NCBI GenBank assembly: GCA_965215145.1
Contig: OZ244038.1
Coordinates: forward strand, 1,546,966 to 1,610,965
Source: Rhodothermales bacterium
GTDB taxonomy: Bacteria; Bacteroidota; Rhodothermia; Rhodothermales; JANQRZ01
Direction of reading: 5' to 3'
DNA: 64,000 bases
Part shown: in pieces, positions 1-10,081 of the stretch
Position numbering within the stretch: the stretch's first letter is position 1
Layout: each line of letters starts with the position of its first letter
Program-made: the position numbers and the translations under genes
Notes under the pieces: generated by a model
Seen by the model: the letters and a program-made list of their open reading frames with translations, nothing else
Told to the model about the DNA's origin: nothing
Database searches by the model: none

Positions 1-1
1 C

Positions 2-799
2 CACACGTTCATGGGCGGCCGGAGCTGGAAGGCCGTCGTGGGCATGCTCACGGACCTCCTGCTGGTGGCCGCGTCGTTCGTGATCGCCTACCACCTCCGG
101 TTCGAGAGCGACCTCACGGCCGGGCAGCTCGACCTCCTCCTCGCCGCGCTCCCCGTCGTGGTGGCCGTCAAGATCGTCGTGTTCTGGGCGGCCGGGCTCT
201 ACGAGAACATGTGGCGCCACGCCGGCACCCCGGAGGTCGTCCGCCTCGCCTTCGCGACGATGGTGGCCTCGCTGGCGACGGCGGCGGCGCTCGCCGTCTC
301 GGTCGGGCTGGACGCGCTCTCGCTCGCGGCCCTCTTCATCGACTGGATCGTGGTGACGGCGGCGCTCATCGCGGTGCGCTTCGCGTTCCGCGGCCTTCGG
401 CAGTACGCCTCGGCCCGGCGGCGGCACGGGCGCCACGTCCTCCTCTACGGCGCCGGCGAGGCGGGCCTCCTGTCGCTGCGCGAGCTGCGCCAGAACCCCG
501 ACCTGAAGATGAACCCCGTGGGCTTCCTGGACGATGACCCCCACAAGCAGGGCTTCCGCGTGCAGGGGCTCCGCGTGCTCGGCGGCATCGGGAGCCTGGC
601 CGAGGCGTGCAAGAAGCTCGAGGTCAAGGAGGTCCTCATCGTAGCCCCCAAGATGCCCCTCGACCGGAAGGACGAGATCGTGCGGGCGTGCGCCGAGGCG
701 GGGGTCGATTGTAGCGCCTTCGCCGTCCGGTTCGAGCCGCTCCACATGAACGCGCCGCCCCAGGCGCCGCCCGAAATCGCCGAGCCCGTCGTGGGCTAG
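2..799 (+). CDS. C-terminal part of a polysaccharide biosynthesis protein (4 TM segments plus CoA-binding Rossmann-like domain, CapD/PglF N-terminal-like); probably truncated at the window edge
   Basis: Frame is open from base 2 (HTFMGG...). Motifs GLYENMWRH, VLLYGAGEAG and PVGFLDDDP are typical of CapD/WcaJ CoA-binding regions. Confidence 0.75.
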   Translation, partial: HTFMGGRSWKAVVGMLTDLLLVAASFVIAYHLRFESDLTAGQLDLLLAALPVVVAVKIVVFWAAGLYENMWRHAGTPEVVRLAFATMVASLATAAALAVSVGLDALSLAALFIDWIVVTAALIAVRFAFRGLRQYASARRRHGRHVLLYGAGEAGLLSLRELRQNPDLKMNPVGFLDDDPHKQGFRVQGLRVLGGIGSLAEACKKLEVKEVLIVAPKMPLDRKDEIVRACAEAGVDCSAFAVRFEPLHMNAPPQAPPEIAEPVVG

Positions 800-836
800 G
801 CCACCACTCCGCAACCCCTTACGAACCCACTCCTTC

Positions 837-2246
837 ATGAGCACGTCCACGACCTCACAGACGGCTGACACGGCCGCCACGCTCACCGGCCAGGCCGACG
901 TCCTCCGGAGCAAGCTCCAGGACAAGACGGCCGTCATCGGCGTCGTCGGCCTCGGTTACGTCGGGCTCCCCCTGGCCGTCGAGTTCGCCCTCAAGGGCTT
1001 TCGCACGGTCGGCATCGAGCTCAACCGCGAGAAGGTGCTCCGCCTCAACGCCGCGGACAACTACATCCAGGACGTCCCCGACGCCGACCTCAAGCAGGCC
1101 CTCGACTCCGGCAAGTTCGTCGCCGAGGACGACTTCGCCTCCTCCGGCGACATCGACGTCTTCTTCATCTGCGTGCCCACGCCCGTCACCGAGTACAAGG
1201 ACCCCGACGTGTCCTACATCCGCTCGGCCACGGAGTCCATCGCCGAGCACTTCCGGCCGGGACAGATGCTCATCCTCAAGAGCACGACCTATCCGGACAC
1301 CACCGAGGGCGTCGTCCAGCCCATCCTCGAGGAGGCCGGTGAGGCCGAGGGCCTCACGATCGGGGAGGACTACTTCCTCGCCTTCAGCCCCGAGCGGATC
1401 GACCCCGGCAACCTCGAGTTCACGACGGCCAACACCCCCGTCGTCGTCGGCGGCGTGACGCCGGCGTGCACGGAGCTGGCGAGCCTCGCGATGAAGCAGG
1501 TCGTCGGGATGGTCCACGAGGTCTCGAGCCCGAAGGTGGCCGAGATGGAGAAGCTCCTCGAGAACATCTTCCGCTCGGTCAACATCGCGCTCGTGAGCGA
1601 GCTGGCGCGGCTCTGCGACCGGATGGGGAACGTCTCGATCTGGGAGGTCGTCGAGGCGGCCGGCACGAAGCCGTTCGGGTTCATGCCGTTCTACCCCGGC
1701 CCCGGCATCGGCGGCCACTGCATCCCGATCGACCCGTACTACCTCTCGTGGCTGGCGCGCCGCTACGACTTCGAGACGAGCTTCATCACGCTGGCCGCGA
1801 GCACGAACGAGGCCATGCCGTTCTACGTCGTCGAGTCCGTGATGCGGGCCATCGCCGACCAGCCCGTTCGGCTTTCGGACGCGAAGGTGCTCATCCTCGG
1901 GACCTCGTTCAAGAAGGACGTCGACGACGTCCGGCACTCGCCGGCGCTCCGCGTGATCGAGTTGCTCCGGGACCAGGGCGTGAACCACGTCAGCTACAGC
2001 GACCCCCACGTCGCCCGCCTGAGCGTCAAGACCCACCGGCACGGCACGCTGGAGCTGGAGAACACCCCGCTCTCGGAGGACATCCTGAAGGGGCACGACG
2101 TGGCGGTGCTGCTGACCGAGCACAGCGACTTCGACTACGAGACCATCGCGAAGCACGCCCGTGTCGTGATCGACACGCGGAACGGGATGAAGCAGGCCGC
2201 CAACGGCCGCGACAACGTCCGGCTCCTCGGCGGCGGCGCGTTCTAG
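837..2246 (+). CDS. Nucleotide sugar dehydrogenase (UDP-GlcNAc/UDP-glucose 6-dehydrogenase, WbpA/WecC family)
   Basis: GVVGLGYVGLP, ICVPTP, FSPERIDPG, catalytic GPGIGGHCIPIDP. Confidence 0.93.
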   Translation: MSTSTTSQTADTAATLTGQADVLRSKLQDKTAVIGVVGLGYVGLPLAVEFALKGFRTVGIELNREKVLRLNAADNYIQDVPDADLKQALDSGKFVAEDDFASSGDIDVFFICVPTPVTEYKDPDVSYIRSATESIAEHFRPGQMLILKSTTYPDTTEGVVQPILEEAGEAEGLTIGEDYFLAFSPERIDPGNLEFTTANTPVVVGGVTPACTELASLAMKQVVGMVHEVSSPKVAEMEKLLENIFRSVNIALVSELARLCDRMGNVSIWEVVEAAGTKPFGFMPFYPGPGIGGHCIPIDPYYLSWLARRYDFETSFITLAASTNEAMPFYVVESVMRAIADQPVRLSDAKVLILGTSFKKDVDDVRHSPALRVIELLRDQGVNHVSYSDPHVARLSVKTHRHGTLELENTPLSEDILKGHDVAVLLTEHSDFDYETIAKHARVVIDTRNGMKQAANGRDNVRLLGGGAF

Positions 2247-2321
2247 ACTCCTTCTCCAACGGTATCGATCGGCGGCCGGGCCCTCGCGCCCGGCCGCCCT
2301 CACGTTAACCCCCGCCCGACC

Positions 2322-3122
2322 ATGATCGACCGCATACGCGACATCGCCGAGGCCGCCGGCGAGCGCATCCTCGAGTTCTACGGCCGCGAGCTCCCCGTCG
2401 AGGTCAAGGCCGACGACTCGCCGCTCACGCAGGCCGACCGCGCCAGCCACACCGCCATCGCCGAGGCGCTGGCCGAGGCGTTCCCCGAGATCCCCGTGCT
2501 CTCCGAAGAGTCCGCGCCCGAGGACGTCTCCGAGCGCCGGAGCTGGTCGCGGTTCTGGGTCGTGGACCCGATGGACGGGACGAAGGAGTTCATCAAGCAG
2601 ACGGGGCAGTTCACCGTCAACATCGCGCTGGTGGAGGAGGGGGCCGACGGTCCGGAGCCGGTGCTCGGTGTCGTCCACGTTCCAGTCCAGAAGCTGACTT
2701 ACTTCGCCGAGCGCGGCAAGGGTGCCTTCAAGCAGAACCGCTCGGGCGAGCCCCGGCCGATCCGCGTCCGTCGGGCGGATCCCGAGCGGCTCACCGTCGT
2801 CGCCAGCCGGGACCACGCGGGGCCGGAGGTCGCCGCCATCCTCGCGAACATGACCAACGATGGGGTCGAGGTCGAGTCGGCGTCGATGGGGAGCTCGCTG
2901 AAGTTCTGCCTCGTCGCCGAGGGCGCCGCCGACTACTACCCGCGCACGGTGCCCACAATGGAATGGGACACGGCAGCGGCGCAGTGCGTCGTCGAGGCCG
3001 CCGGCGGGCGCGTCACCACGCTCGACAGCGAACGGCTGCGCTACAACAAGGAGAGCCTCCGCAACCCCTCGATCATGACGTTCGGGGACGCGGGGATCGA
3101 CTGGCAGCGCTACCTCCCGTAG
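2322..3122 (+). CDS. cysQ: 3'(2'),5'-bisphosphate nucleotidase
   Basis: KADDSPLTQAD, VDPMDGTKEF, GSSLKFCLVAEG and EWDTAAAQ inositol-monophosphatase/CysQ motifs. Confidence 0.95.
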   Translation: MIDRIRDIAEAAGERILEFYGRELPVEVKADDSPLTQADRASHTAIAEALAEAFPEIPVLSEESAPEDVSERRSWSRFWVVDPMDGTKEFIKQTGQFTVNIALVEEGADGPEPVLGVVHVPVQKLTYFAERGKGAFKQNRSGEPRPIRVRRADPERLTVVASRDHAGPEVAAILANMTNDGVEVESASMGSSLKFCLVAEGAADYYPRTVPTMEWDTAAAQCVVEAAGGRVTTLDSERLRYNKESLRNPSIMTFGDAGIDWQRYLP

Positions 3123-3149
3123 CGGCGACCACCGCCCGAGGGACCGCGC

Positions 3150-4952
3150 ATGGACACAGCGCTCGGCGACCCCGTACTCGGCTGGGGGGCGTACTTCACG
3201 CTCGGCACGCTCGGGCTGATGACGCTGGCACTCGTCCGCAGCGTCGCCAGCCCGGACCTCGTCCTGCTCGGCACGCTCGGGCTCCTCATGCTCGTCGGCA
3301 TCGTCGAGCCGTCGGCGGCGCTGGCGGGGTTCGCCAACCCCGCCGTCGTCACGATCGGCGCGCTCTTCGTCGTGGCGGCGGGGATCGAGCGGACGCGGGC
3401 CCTGGCCGCGCTCGACCGGCTCCTCCGGCCGCAGGCTGGGGCGACCCGGAGCGAGCGAGGAGTGTTGGCGCGGGTGATGCCGCTGACGGTCGTGCTCTCG
3501 GCGTTCATGAACAACACGCCCGTCGTGGCGATGCTCATCCCGCAGGTGCAGGAATGGGCACGGCGGAACGGGCTGGCCGCCTCGAAGCTCCTCATCCCGC
3601 TCTCCTACGCCGCCATCGTCGGCGGCACGATCACGCTCGTGGGGACCTCGACGAACGTGATCGTCCACGGGCTGCTGCTGGCCGAGGGGCTCCCCGGCTT
3701 CGGAATGTTCGACTTCACGGCGGCGGGCTTGCCGGCGGCACTGTGCGTCGTGGCCTACTTCGCCACGCTCGGCCTGCGGACGCTCCCGGTGCGCGAGAGC
3801 GGCAGCGAGGGCCTCGGCCAGCGGCTCCAGGAGTACCACTTCGACGTCCGGGTCTCCGCCGACGCGCCCTTCCTCGGGGGGACCATCGAGGAGGCCGGGC
3901 TGCGGATGCTCCGCGACGCCTACCTCGCGCACATCCGCCGGGGAGACCGTCTCCTCCCGGGCTCCCCGGAGGTCAGCCTCGAGGGCCGCGACGTGCTCAC
4001 CTTCGTCGGTGACCACCGGATCATGGAGGAGATGCTCGAACGGCCGGGGCTGGAGCGGGTGGTCGAGCCGCTCTACATCGGCGGGCTCCGCAAGGCGACG
4101 GACCTCGTGCTCTACGAGGCCGTTGTCGCGACGGGGTCCCAGCTGGTCGGGCGGACGCTGGAGGAGGCCCGCTTTCGGGAGCGCTTCGGGGGCGTCGTCC
4201 TCGCCATCCAACGGCACGGCGAGCCGCTAGCCGGCTCGCTCGGCCGGACCCCGCTCCACGCCGGCGACCTCCTCCTCATCGAGGCCCGGCCCACCGCCGG
4301 CGTCCGGAGCCGCCGGGGGGACTTCGCCCTCGTGGTCCCCGTGGCGAAGCAGCCGCCGCAGGCGTCGCGGCGGGCGCCGCTCTCGCTCGCGCTGCTCGTC
4401 GGGATGGTCGCCGCGGCGGCGTTCGGCGTGGTCCCCCTCGTGGTGGCCGCCTTCAGCGCCGCGCTCGCCATGATCCTGACGGGGTGCGTCTCCGGGCCCC
4501 GCGCCCGCGAGTCCATCGACTTCTCGGTCCTCCTCGTGATCGCCGCGGCGCTCGGGATCGGGCGGGCCGTGCAGGCGACGGGGCTGGCCGACGCCGCGGC
4601 GCACGGCATCTCCGCGCTCGCCGTCGGCGCGGCCCCCGTCATCGCGCTGCTGCTGCTCTACCTCGCCACGGTCCTGCTGACCGAGGTGGTCTCGAACCAG
4701 GCGGCGGCCGTGCTGATGTTCCCCGTCGCCCTCTCCGTGGCGGCGGAGCTCGGCCTCGACGTGAAGGCGGCGGCCCTGACGATCGCCCTCGCCGCTTCGG
4801 CCAGCTTCCTGACGCCCATCGGCTACCAGACCAACCTCATGGTGATGGGGCCCGGCGGCTACCGCTACACGGACTTCCTCCGTGCTGGCCTCCCCGTGTT
4901 GCTCATCGTGATGACCGTCACCGTCACGGCCATCTCGCTGGTGTGGCTCTGA
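3150..4952 (+). CDS. SLC13/CitMHS-type anion (probably sulfate) permease with two TrkA-C domains
   Basis: GFANPAVVTI, SAFMNNTPVV, GTSTN and TPIGYQTN motifs, central RCK-C repeats; lies between cysQ and sat. Confidence 0.88.
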   Translation: MDTALGDPVLGWGAYFTLGTLGLMTLALVRSVASPDLVLLGTLGLLMLVGIVEPSAALAGFANPAVVTIGALFVVAAGIERTRALAALDRLLRPQAGATRSERGVLARVMPLTVVLSAFMNNTPVVAMLIPQVQEWARRNGLAASKLLIPLSYAAIVGGTITLVGTSTNVIVHGLLLAEGLPGFGMFDFTAAGLPAALCVVAYFATLGLRTLPVRESGSEGLGQRLQEYHFDVRVSADAPFLGGTIEEAGLRMLRDAYLAHIRRGDRLLPGSPEVSLEGRDVLTFVGDHRIMEEMLERPGLERVVEPLYIGGLRKATDLVLYEAVVATGSQLVGRTLEEARFRERFGGVVLAIQRHGEPLAGSLGRTPLHAGDLLLIEARPTAGVRSRRGDFALVVPVAKQPPQASRRAPLSLALLVGMVAAAAFGVVPLVVAAFSAALAMILTGCVSGPRARESIDFSVLLVIAAALGIGRAVQATGLADAAAHGISALAVGAAPVIALLLLYLATVLLTEVVSNQAAAVLMFPVALSVAAELGLDVKAAALTIALAASASFLTPIGYQTNLMVMGPGGYRYTDFLRAGLPVLLIVMTVTVTAISLVWL

Positions 4953-5095
4953 TGAATCCTTCGCTCCCCCTTCAGCGGCGCGAAAAGCTTCCGATATGAG
5001 CATTTGGTAAGAACCCCCCCGCCGGGTTGATACGGCCTCCGGCGCGGCGCATCTTCCGATTCTATTCCCTTCCCCAGCACCCGTACCCCAACTCC

Positions 5096-6820
5096 ATGAC
5101 GACCACCGCGCTCATCGAGCCCCACGGCGGCCAGCTCCGCGACCTCGTCGCCGACGCCAACGCCGCCCGCGAGGCCGCGCACGACCTCCCGTCCATCGCC
5201 CTCTCCGACCGCCAGCTCTGCGACATCGAGCTGATCCTCAACGGCGGCTTCTCCCCGCTGACCGGCTTCCTCACCGAGGCCGATTACGACGGCGTGGTCG
5301 AGAACATGCGGCTCCAGGACGGCACGCTCTGGCCGATGCCGATCACGCTCGACACGGACGAGGAGACCGCGCAGGGCCTCTCCGAAGGTGACCGCGTCGC
5401 CCTCCGCGACAAGACCGGGCTGCTGCTCGCCATCATGACGGTCGAGAGCAACTGGAAGCCGAACAAGGAGCGCGAGGCCAAGGAGGTCTTCGGCACGACC
5501 GACAAGGCGCACCCGGCCGTGGCGTACCTCATGGACGAAGCCGGCGACTACTACCTCGGCGGGAAGCTCGAGGGCGTCCAGCTCCCGAAGCACTACGACT
5601 ACCAGGAGCTCCGCAACACCCCCGCCGAGCTGCGCGAGCGGTTCGAGGAGATGGGCGTCAACAACGTCGTCGCGTTCCAGACCCGGAACCCGATGCACCG
5701 CGCCCACAAGGAGCTCACCGACCGCGCGGCCGAGGAGATCGGCGGCAAGCTGCTGATCCACCCCGTCGTCGGGATGACGAAGCCGGGCGACGTGGACTAC
5801 TTCACGCGCGTCCGCTGCTACCGGCACCTCCTGAACCACTACCCGGACAACCGCGCCATGCTGAGCCTGCTCCCGCTGGCGATGCGGATGGCCGGCCCGC
5901 GCGAGGCCGTCTGGCACGGCATCATCCGGAAGAACTACGGCTGCACCCACCTCGTCGTCGGGCGCGACCACGCCGGCCCCGGCAACGGCTCCGACGGCGA
6001 GCCGATCTACGGCCCCTACGACGCGCAGGAGCTCTTCCAGAAGCACCAGGACGAGATCGGCGTCGAGATGGTGCCGTTCCGGCTCATGGTCTACGTCCCC
6101 GAGGACGACGCCTACATCCCGATCGACGAGGCGAAGGAGCAGGGCAAGGAGTTCGAGATGATCTCCGGCACCCAGCTCCGCCAGATGCTCGCCGACGGCG
6201 ACCCGATCCCGGAGTGGTTCACCTACCCGGAGGTCGAGCAGGAGCTGCGCGCCACGCAGCCGCCGAAGGAGAAGCAGGGGTTCACGGTCTTCTTTACCGG
6301 CCTCTCGGGCTCGGGCAAGAGCACCATCGCCAACGCCGTCGTGACGCGCCTGCTGGAGTTCGGCGGCGGCCGCGCGGTCACGCTGCTCGACGGCGACGTC
6401 GTGCGGACGAACCTCTCGAAGGGCCTCGGCTTCTCGCGCGAGGACCGCTCCACCAACGTCCGCCGCATCGGCTACGTGGCGAGCGAGGTCACCAAGCACG
6501 GTGGCATCGCCGTCTGCGCCCCCATCGCGCCCTACGAGGCCGACCGCCGCGCCAACCGGCAGGCCATCGAGGAGGGCGGCGGCTACGTCGAGGTCTTCGT
6601 CTCGACGCCGCTGGAGGTCTGCGAGGAGCGCGACGTGAAGGGGCTCTACGCGAAGGCCCGCGCCGGCATCATCAAGGAGTTCACCGGCATCTCGGACCCC
6701 TACGAGGCTCCGACCGACGCCGAGATCGACCTGCCGACGCAGGACATGACCGTCGGCGAGGCCGCCGACCACGTCATCGAGCGTCTCACTGAGATGGGCT
6801 ACCTCCCCGAGCAGGCGTAG
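5096..6820 (+). CDS. sat: Bifunctional sulfate adenylyltransferase / APS kinase
   Basis: FQTRNPMHRAH and VGRDHAG (ATP sulfurylase) followed by FTGLSGSGKST, LLDGD and FTGISDPYE (CysC). ATG at 5096. Confidence 0.96.
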   Translation: MTTTALIEPHGGQLRDLVADANAAREAAHDLPSIALSDRQLCDIELILNGGFSPLTGFLTEADYDGVVENMRLQDGTLWPMPITLDTDEETAQGLSEGDRVALRDKTGLLLAIMTVESNWKPNKEREAKEVFGTTDKAHPAVAYLMDEAGDYYLGGKLEGVQLPKHYDYQELRNTPAELRERFEEMGVNNVVAFQTRNPMHRAHKELTDRAAEEIGGKLLIHPVVGMTKPGDVDYFTRVRCYRHLLNHYPDNRAMLSLLPLAMRMAGPREAVWHGIIRKNYGCTHLVVGRDHAGPGNGSDGEPIYGPYDAQELFQKHQDEIGVEMVPFRLMVYVPEDDAYIPIDEAKEQGKEFEMISGTQLRQMLADGDPIPEWFTYPEVEQELRATQPPKEKQGFTVFFTGLSGSGKSTIANAVVTRLLEFGGGRAVTLLDGDVVRTNLSKGLGFSREDRSTNVRRIGYVASEVTKHGGIAVCAPIAPYEADRRANRQAIEEGGGYVEVFVSTPLEVCEERDVKGLYAKARAGIIKEFTGISDPYEAPTDAEIDLPTQDMTVGEAADHVIERLTEMGYLPEQA

Positions 6821-6909
6821 ACCCCCCGAGCCCGCGCCCGCGCCGCCGCAGGGTGGTGCGGGCGCGCTCGTTCATCACCACGACTCAACTACACCCCGAG
6901 ACCACCAGC

Positions 6910-7971
6910 ATGACCAACGGACAAGCCCCCCACGAGACCCGCGTGCTGGTCACCGGTGCCGGCGGCTTCATCGGCCACCACCTCGTCAACTACCTCAAGG
7001 ACAAGGGCTACTGGGTCCGCGGCGTCGACATCAAGCGCCCCGAGTTCGAGGCGACCCGCGCCGACGAGTTCGACCTCCTCGACCTCCGCCGCTGGGACGC
7101 CTGCTTGGAGGCGGTCCGCCCGGCCGAGGACGGCCGGAGGATCGACCACGTCTACGCGCTGGCCGCCGACATGGGCGGGATGGGCTTCATCTCGGCCAAC
7201 CACAGCCTGATCCTGCACAACAACGTGCTGATCAACACGCACACCCTCGAGGCCGCCCGGAAGGCCGGCGTCGAACGCTACTTCTACACGTCGAGCGCGT
7301 GCATCTACCCGGAGCACCTCCAGACCTCGGCCGACGCCGCGGCGCTCAAGGAGTCCGACGCCTACCCCGCCGCGCCGCAGGACGCCTACGGCTGGGAGAA
7401 GCTGTTCACCGAGCTCCTCTGCCACTACTACAGCGGCGACTACGGCATGGAGACCCGCGTCGTCCGCTTCCACAACGTCTACGGCGAGCTCGGGACGTGG
7501 GAGGGGGGTCGCGAGAAGGCGCCCGCCGCGATGTGCCGGAAGACGGCCTACGCCAAGCTCCTCGGCGGCCGGGAGGGCGACCCCGGCGGCGACCCGCAGA
7601 TCGAGATCTGGGGCGACGGCGAGCAGACCCGCTCGTTCATGCACGTCGACGACTGCGTCGAGGGCGTCTACCGCCTCATGATGAGCGACTACCGCGAGCC
7701 GCTCAACCTCGGCCGCGACCGGATGGTGACCATCAACAAGCTCGCCGACGTCGCCGCCGACGCCGCGGGGATCGAGATCGAGCACGTCCACGTCGACGGC
7801 CCGATGGGCGTCCGCGGCCGGAACTCCGACAACTCGAAGCTCCGCGAGGTCCTCGACTGGGAGCCGGAGATCGCGCTCGAAGACGGCCTCGCCCGGACGT
7901 ACCGGTGGATCGAGGGGCAGCTCAAGGAGAAGCTCGCTCGTGAGGAGGCCGAGGCCGCCGCGATGGCCTAG
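6910..7971 (+). CDS. NAD-dependent epimerase, GDP-mannose 3,5-epimerase-like
   Basis: VTGAGGFIG, AADMGGMGFI, SSACIYP, DAYGWEK, GGREKAPAAMCRK and WGDGEQTRSF, which match the GME signature. Confidence 0.85.
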   Translation: MTNGQAPHETRVLVTGAGGFIGHHLVNYLKDKGYWVRGVDIKRPEFEATRADEFDLLDLRRWDACLEAVRPAEDGRRIDHVYALAADMGGMGFISANHSLILHNNVLINTHTLEAARKAGVERYFYTSSACIYPEHLQTSADAAALKESDAYPAAPQDAYGWEKLFTELLCHYYSGDYGMETRVVRFHNVYGELGTWEGGREKAPAAMCRKTAYAKLLGGREGDPGGDPQIEIWGDGEQTRSFMHVDDCVEGVYRLMMSDYREPLNLGRDRMVTINKLADVAADAAGIEIEHVHVDGPMGVRGRNSDNSKLREVLDWEPEIALEDGLARTYRWIEGQLKEKLAREEAEAAAMA

Positions 7972-8003
7972 CCGTTCTCCTCTCCTCATCCGAGCAGTAT
8001 TCC

Positions 8004-8086
8004 CGTAGGGGCGACCGGCCGGTCGCCCCTACGTCGTTTTACACCTGGGGGACAAAAAGTAGGGGCGCAGCATGCTGCGCCCCTAC
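8004..8086. repeat. Two GTAG-type REP palindromes
   Basis: Perfect palindromes cgtaggggcgaccggccggtcgcccctacg (8004-8033) and gtaggggcgcagcatgctgcgcccctac (8059-8086). Confidence 0.9.
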
Positions 8087-8114
8087 AGGTTGCTGGTGCG
8101 TGGGCGCGGTCCGC

Positions 8115-9995
8115 CTACGGCTGCGCGGGCGAGGCCGGCTCTAGCGGGCGGACGGGGAAGCGTGAGCCGGCGAGCACGTTCTGCACCGTCCCCGCGAGGT
8201 CGCGGAAGGCGGCCGTCCCCCACACCCGGCGGTGGATCGTGATGATCTTTGCCTGCGCCTTCCGATACCGCGTCGGGTTCTCAGCGGCGAGCTGCTGCAT
8301 CCGGCTGTAGAGGGATTCGAGCCGCGAGCGGTTCTGCGTCGTGAACCCGAAGTTGGCGACGTCGCGGACGAGCTCGTCGTAGGCCCGGTCCCACTGCGTC
8401 TGCTCGCCCGTCAGTGCCGGGTCGGCGAACGTGTCCTCGTCGAACCGGACGAGGAGGTCAGGGTTAAGGAGCCCGGGGCGGAGGCGGTCCAGGAGGTCCG
8501 AGGCGCCGTAGGGGAGGTAAAACCGGACGGGGTCCCCCTCGGCCGTCGCACTCAGGCGGACGTTCCCCGAGGCCGGCACGGCGACCGTCTCGTCGGAGCC
8601 GGAGCGGGGGAGGGCCATGTGGGGGTTCAGCTCGCGGAACCGCTCGTAGAGGTTCGCCGCGTCGATGCCGTGGCCCCAGTCGAGCCGGCCGCCGTGGGGC
8701 TGGAGGAGGTCGAGGAGGTCGCGCAGCGCGACGGTCTCCCCGGCGGCGAGGCTGACCTGCTCGGTGCGGAGCGTCTTCTCCGGGTCGAGCGGTTGACCGT
8801 CGACCGCGCGGAGGGCGCCGTAGGCCGAGAGCACGTACCCGCGCGAGTGCGGCCCGAAGCTCGACTGCGCGCGGACGCGCTGGAAGCCGTCGGTCACGCC
8901 CCACATGTACGCCTCGATCACCGTCGCGTCCTCGATGGTCGGGTCCTTCGACTTCGCGCGGAGGTACGTCTGGTAGAGGTGGAAGATGTTGCCCGGCCCG
9001 GTGTGGTAGGCCGAGACGCCGGGGATCTCGTGGCCGACGGCGTTGGTGTAGCCGCGCACGAGGAGGAACGACGACTGCATCGAGAGCAACGGGTTCAACC
9101 ATTCGCGGACCTGCACGCTGCCCGCCTCGGCCGGCAGCGTGTACGCCTCGATGTCGAAGAGCTCGAGGATGTCCGGCATCATCTGGTACCGGCTCCGCGC
9201 CTTCACCGGGCTCTCCATCCAGTCCTGGTTGAACGTCTCGACCGAGCCGATCTCCGTGGTCAGGAGCGAGAGGCCGAGCTGGCGGGCGTAGCGGATCTCG
9301 TACTCCAGCATGTGCTCCTCGCGCTGGCGCGCCTCGCGCATCTGGTTGGCGCGGCCCCACCGCGTCGAGATCGCCGACTTCGGGACGCCGCGGGCCGTCC
9401 ACTTCCGGATGAGGCCGTTTGCGGACTGGCGGCGGAGGGCGTCGATCCGGTCCCAGTTCACCTCGCCCGTCGACTCGTAGCGCTCCTTCTGCTCGCGGAG
9501 CGTGAACGTCTCCAGCGTCTTCCACGTCCGGTTGTCGTAGACGCGGATGGTGAAGTTGTCGTCGACGCCGGCGCGGTGGCGGTAGATCTCGAGCTGCTGC
9601 CGGAAGTCCTCGACGCCGCCGACCGCCGCGGCGGCCGAGTCGGTGGCGCTCGGGCGGGTGATGAAGGCGTCGCTGAAGTACTGGCTGTAGATCCGGTCCG
9701 GGTGGAGGTCGAGGCCGGCGAGCTCGTAGGGGCCGCTCGGCAGCGACGGCACCGCGGGCTCCGGCTCGGCCTCCACCTCCGCGTCAGCCGGGACCGCCTG
9801 CGCCACGAGATCCCCGCGCGTGGTGATCAAGGCGAGGACGCCGACGGCGAGGATGAGCCCGAGGGCCAGCCACTCGATCCGCCGCGCGGAGGGGTCGGTG
9901 AGGTACTCGCTCAGCGAACGGCGACGGCGCGGCGCCTCAGGCGTCGGGCCGCCGGGGGGCTGGGGCGTCGGGTCGGGGGTCGTAGGCTCAGTCAT
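8115..9995 (-). CDS. Membrane-anchored protein with a divergent lytic transglycosylase (SLT/lysozyme-like) domain
   Basis: One N-terminal TM. SVETFN, ARSRYQMMP and SAYHTGPG resemble the SLT motifs ES, GLMQxMP and AYNAG. Confidence 0.6.
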   Translation of the reverse strand: MTEPTTPDPTPQPPGGPTPEAPRRRRSLSEYLTDPSARRIEWLALGLILAVGVLALITTRGDLVAQAVPADAEVEAEPEPAVPSLPSGPYELAGLDLHPDRIYSQYFSDAFITRPSATDSAAAAVGGVEDFRQQLEIYRHRAGVDDNFTIRVYDNRTWKTLETFTLREQKERYESTGEVNWDRIDALRRQSANGLIRKWTARGVPKSAISTRWGRANQMREARQREEHMLEYEIRYARQLGLSLLTTEIGSVETFNQDWMESPVKARSRYQMMPDILELFDIEAYTLPAEAGSVQVREWLNPLLSMQSSFLLVRGYTNAVGHEIPGVSAYHTGPGNIFHLYQTYLRAKSKDPTIEDATVIEAYMWGVTDGFQRVRAQSSFGPHSRGYVLSAYGALRAVDGQPLDPEKTLRTEQVSLAAGETVALRDLLDLLQPHGGRLDWGHGIDAANLYERFRELNPHMALPRSGSDETVAVPASGNVRLSATAEGDPVRFYLPYGASDLLDRLRPGLLNPDLLVRFDEDTFADPALTGEQTQWDRAYDELVRDVANFGFTTQNRSRLESLYSRMQQLAAENPTRYRKAQAKIITIHRRVWGTAAFRDLAGTVQNVLAGSRFPVRPLEPASPAQP

Positions 9996-10081
9996 GGGGG
10001 GGGGAGGCGGGGGGCGGTATTCTAACGCAGCGGAGGCGGCCGTTTGTTCGCACGCCGGGCGGTTAGGAGAAGATTTTCCTG

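Noticed and set aside
855-4217. Very long antisense or overlapping ORFs (for example 855-4217, 23344-26268, 29609-33295, 48596-51658)
   Set aside because: They are shadows of real genes in a high-GC genome with few stop codons. The translations have no motifs and overlap well-supported genes.
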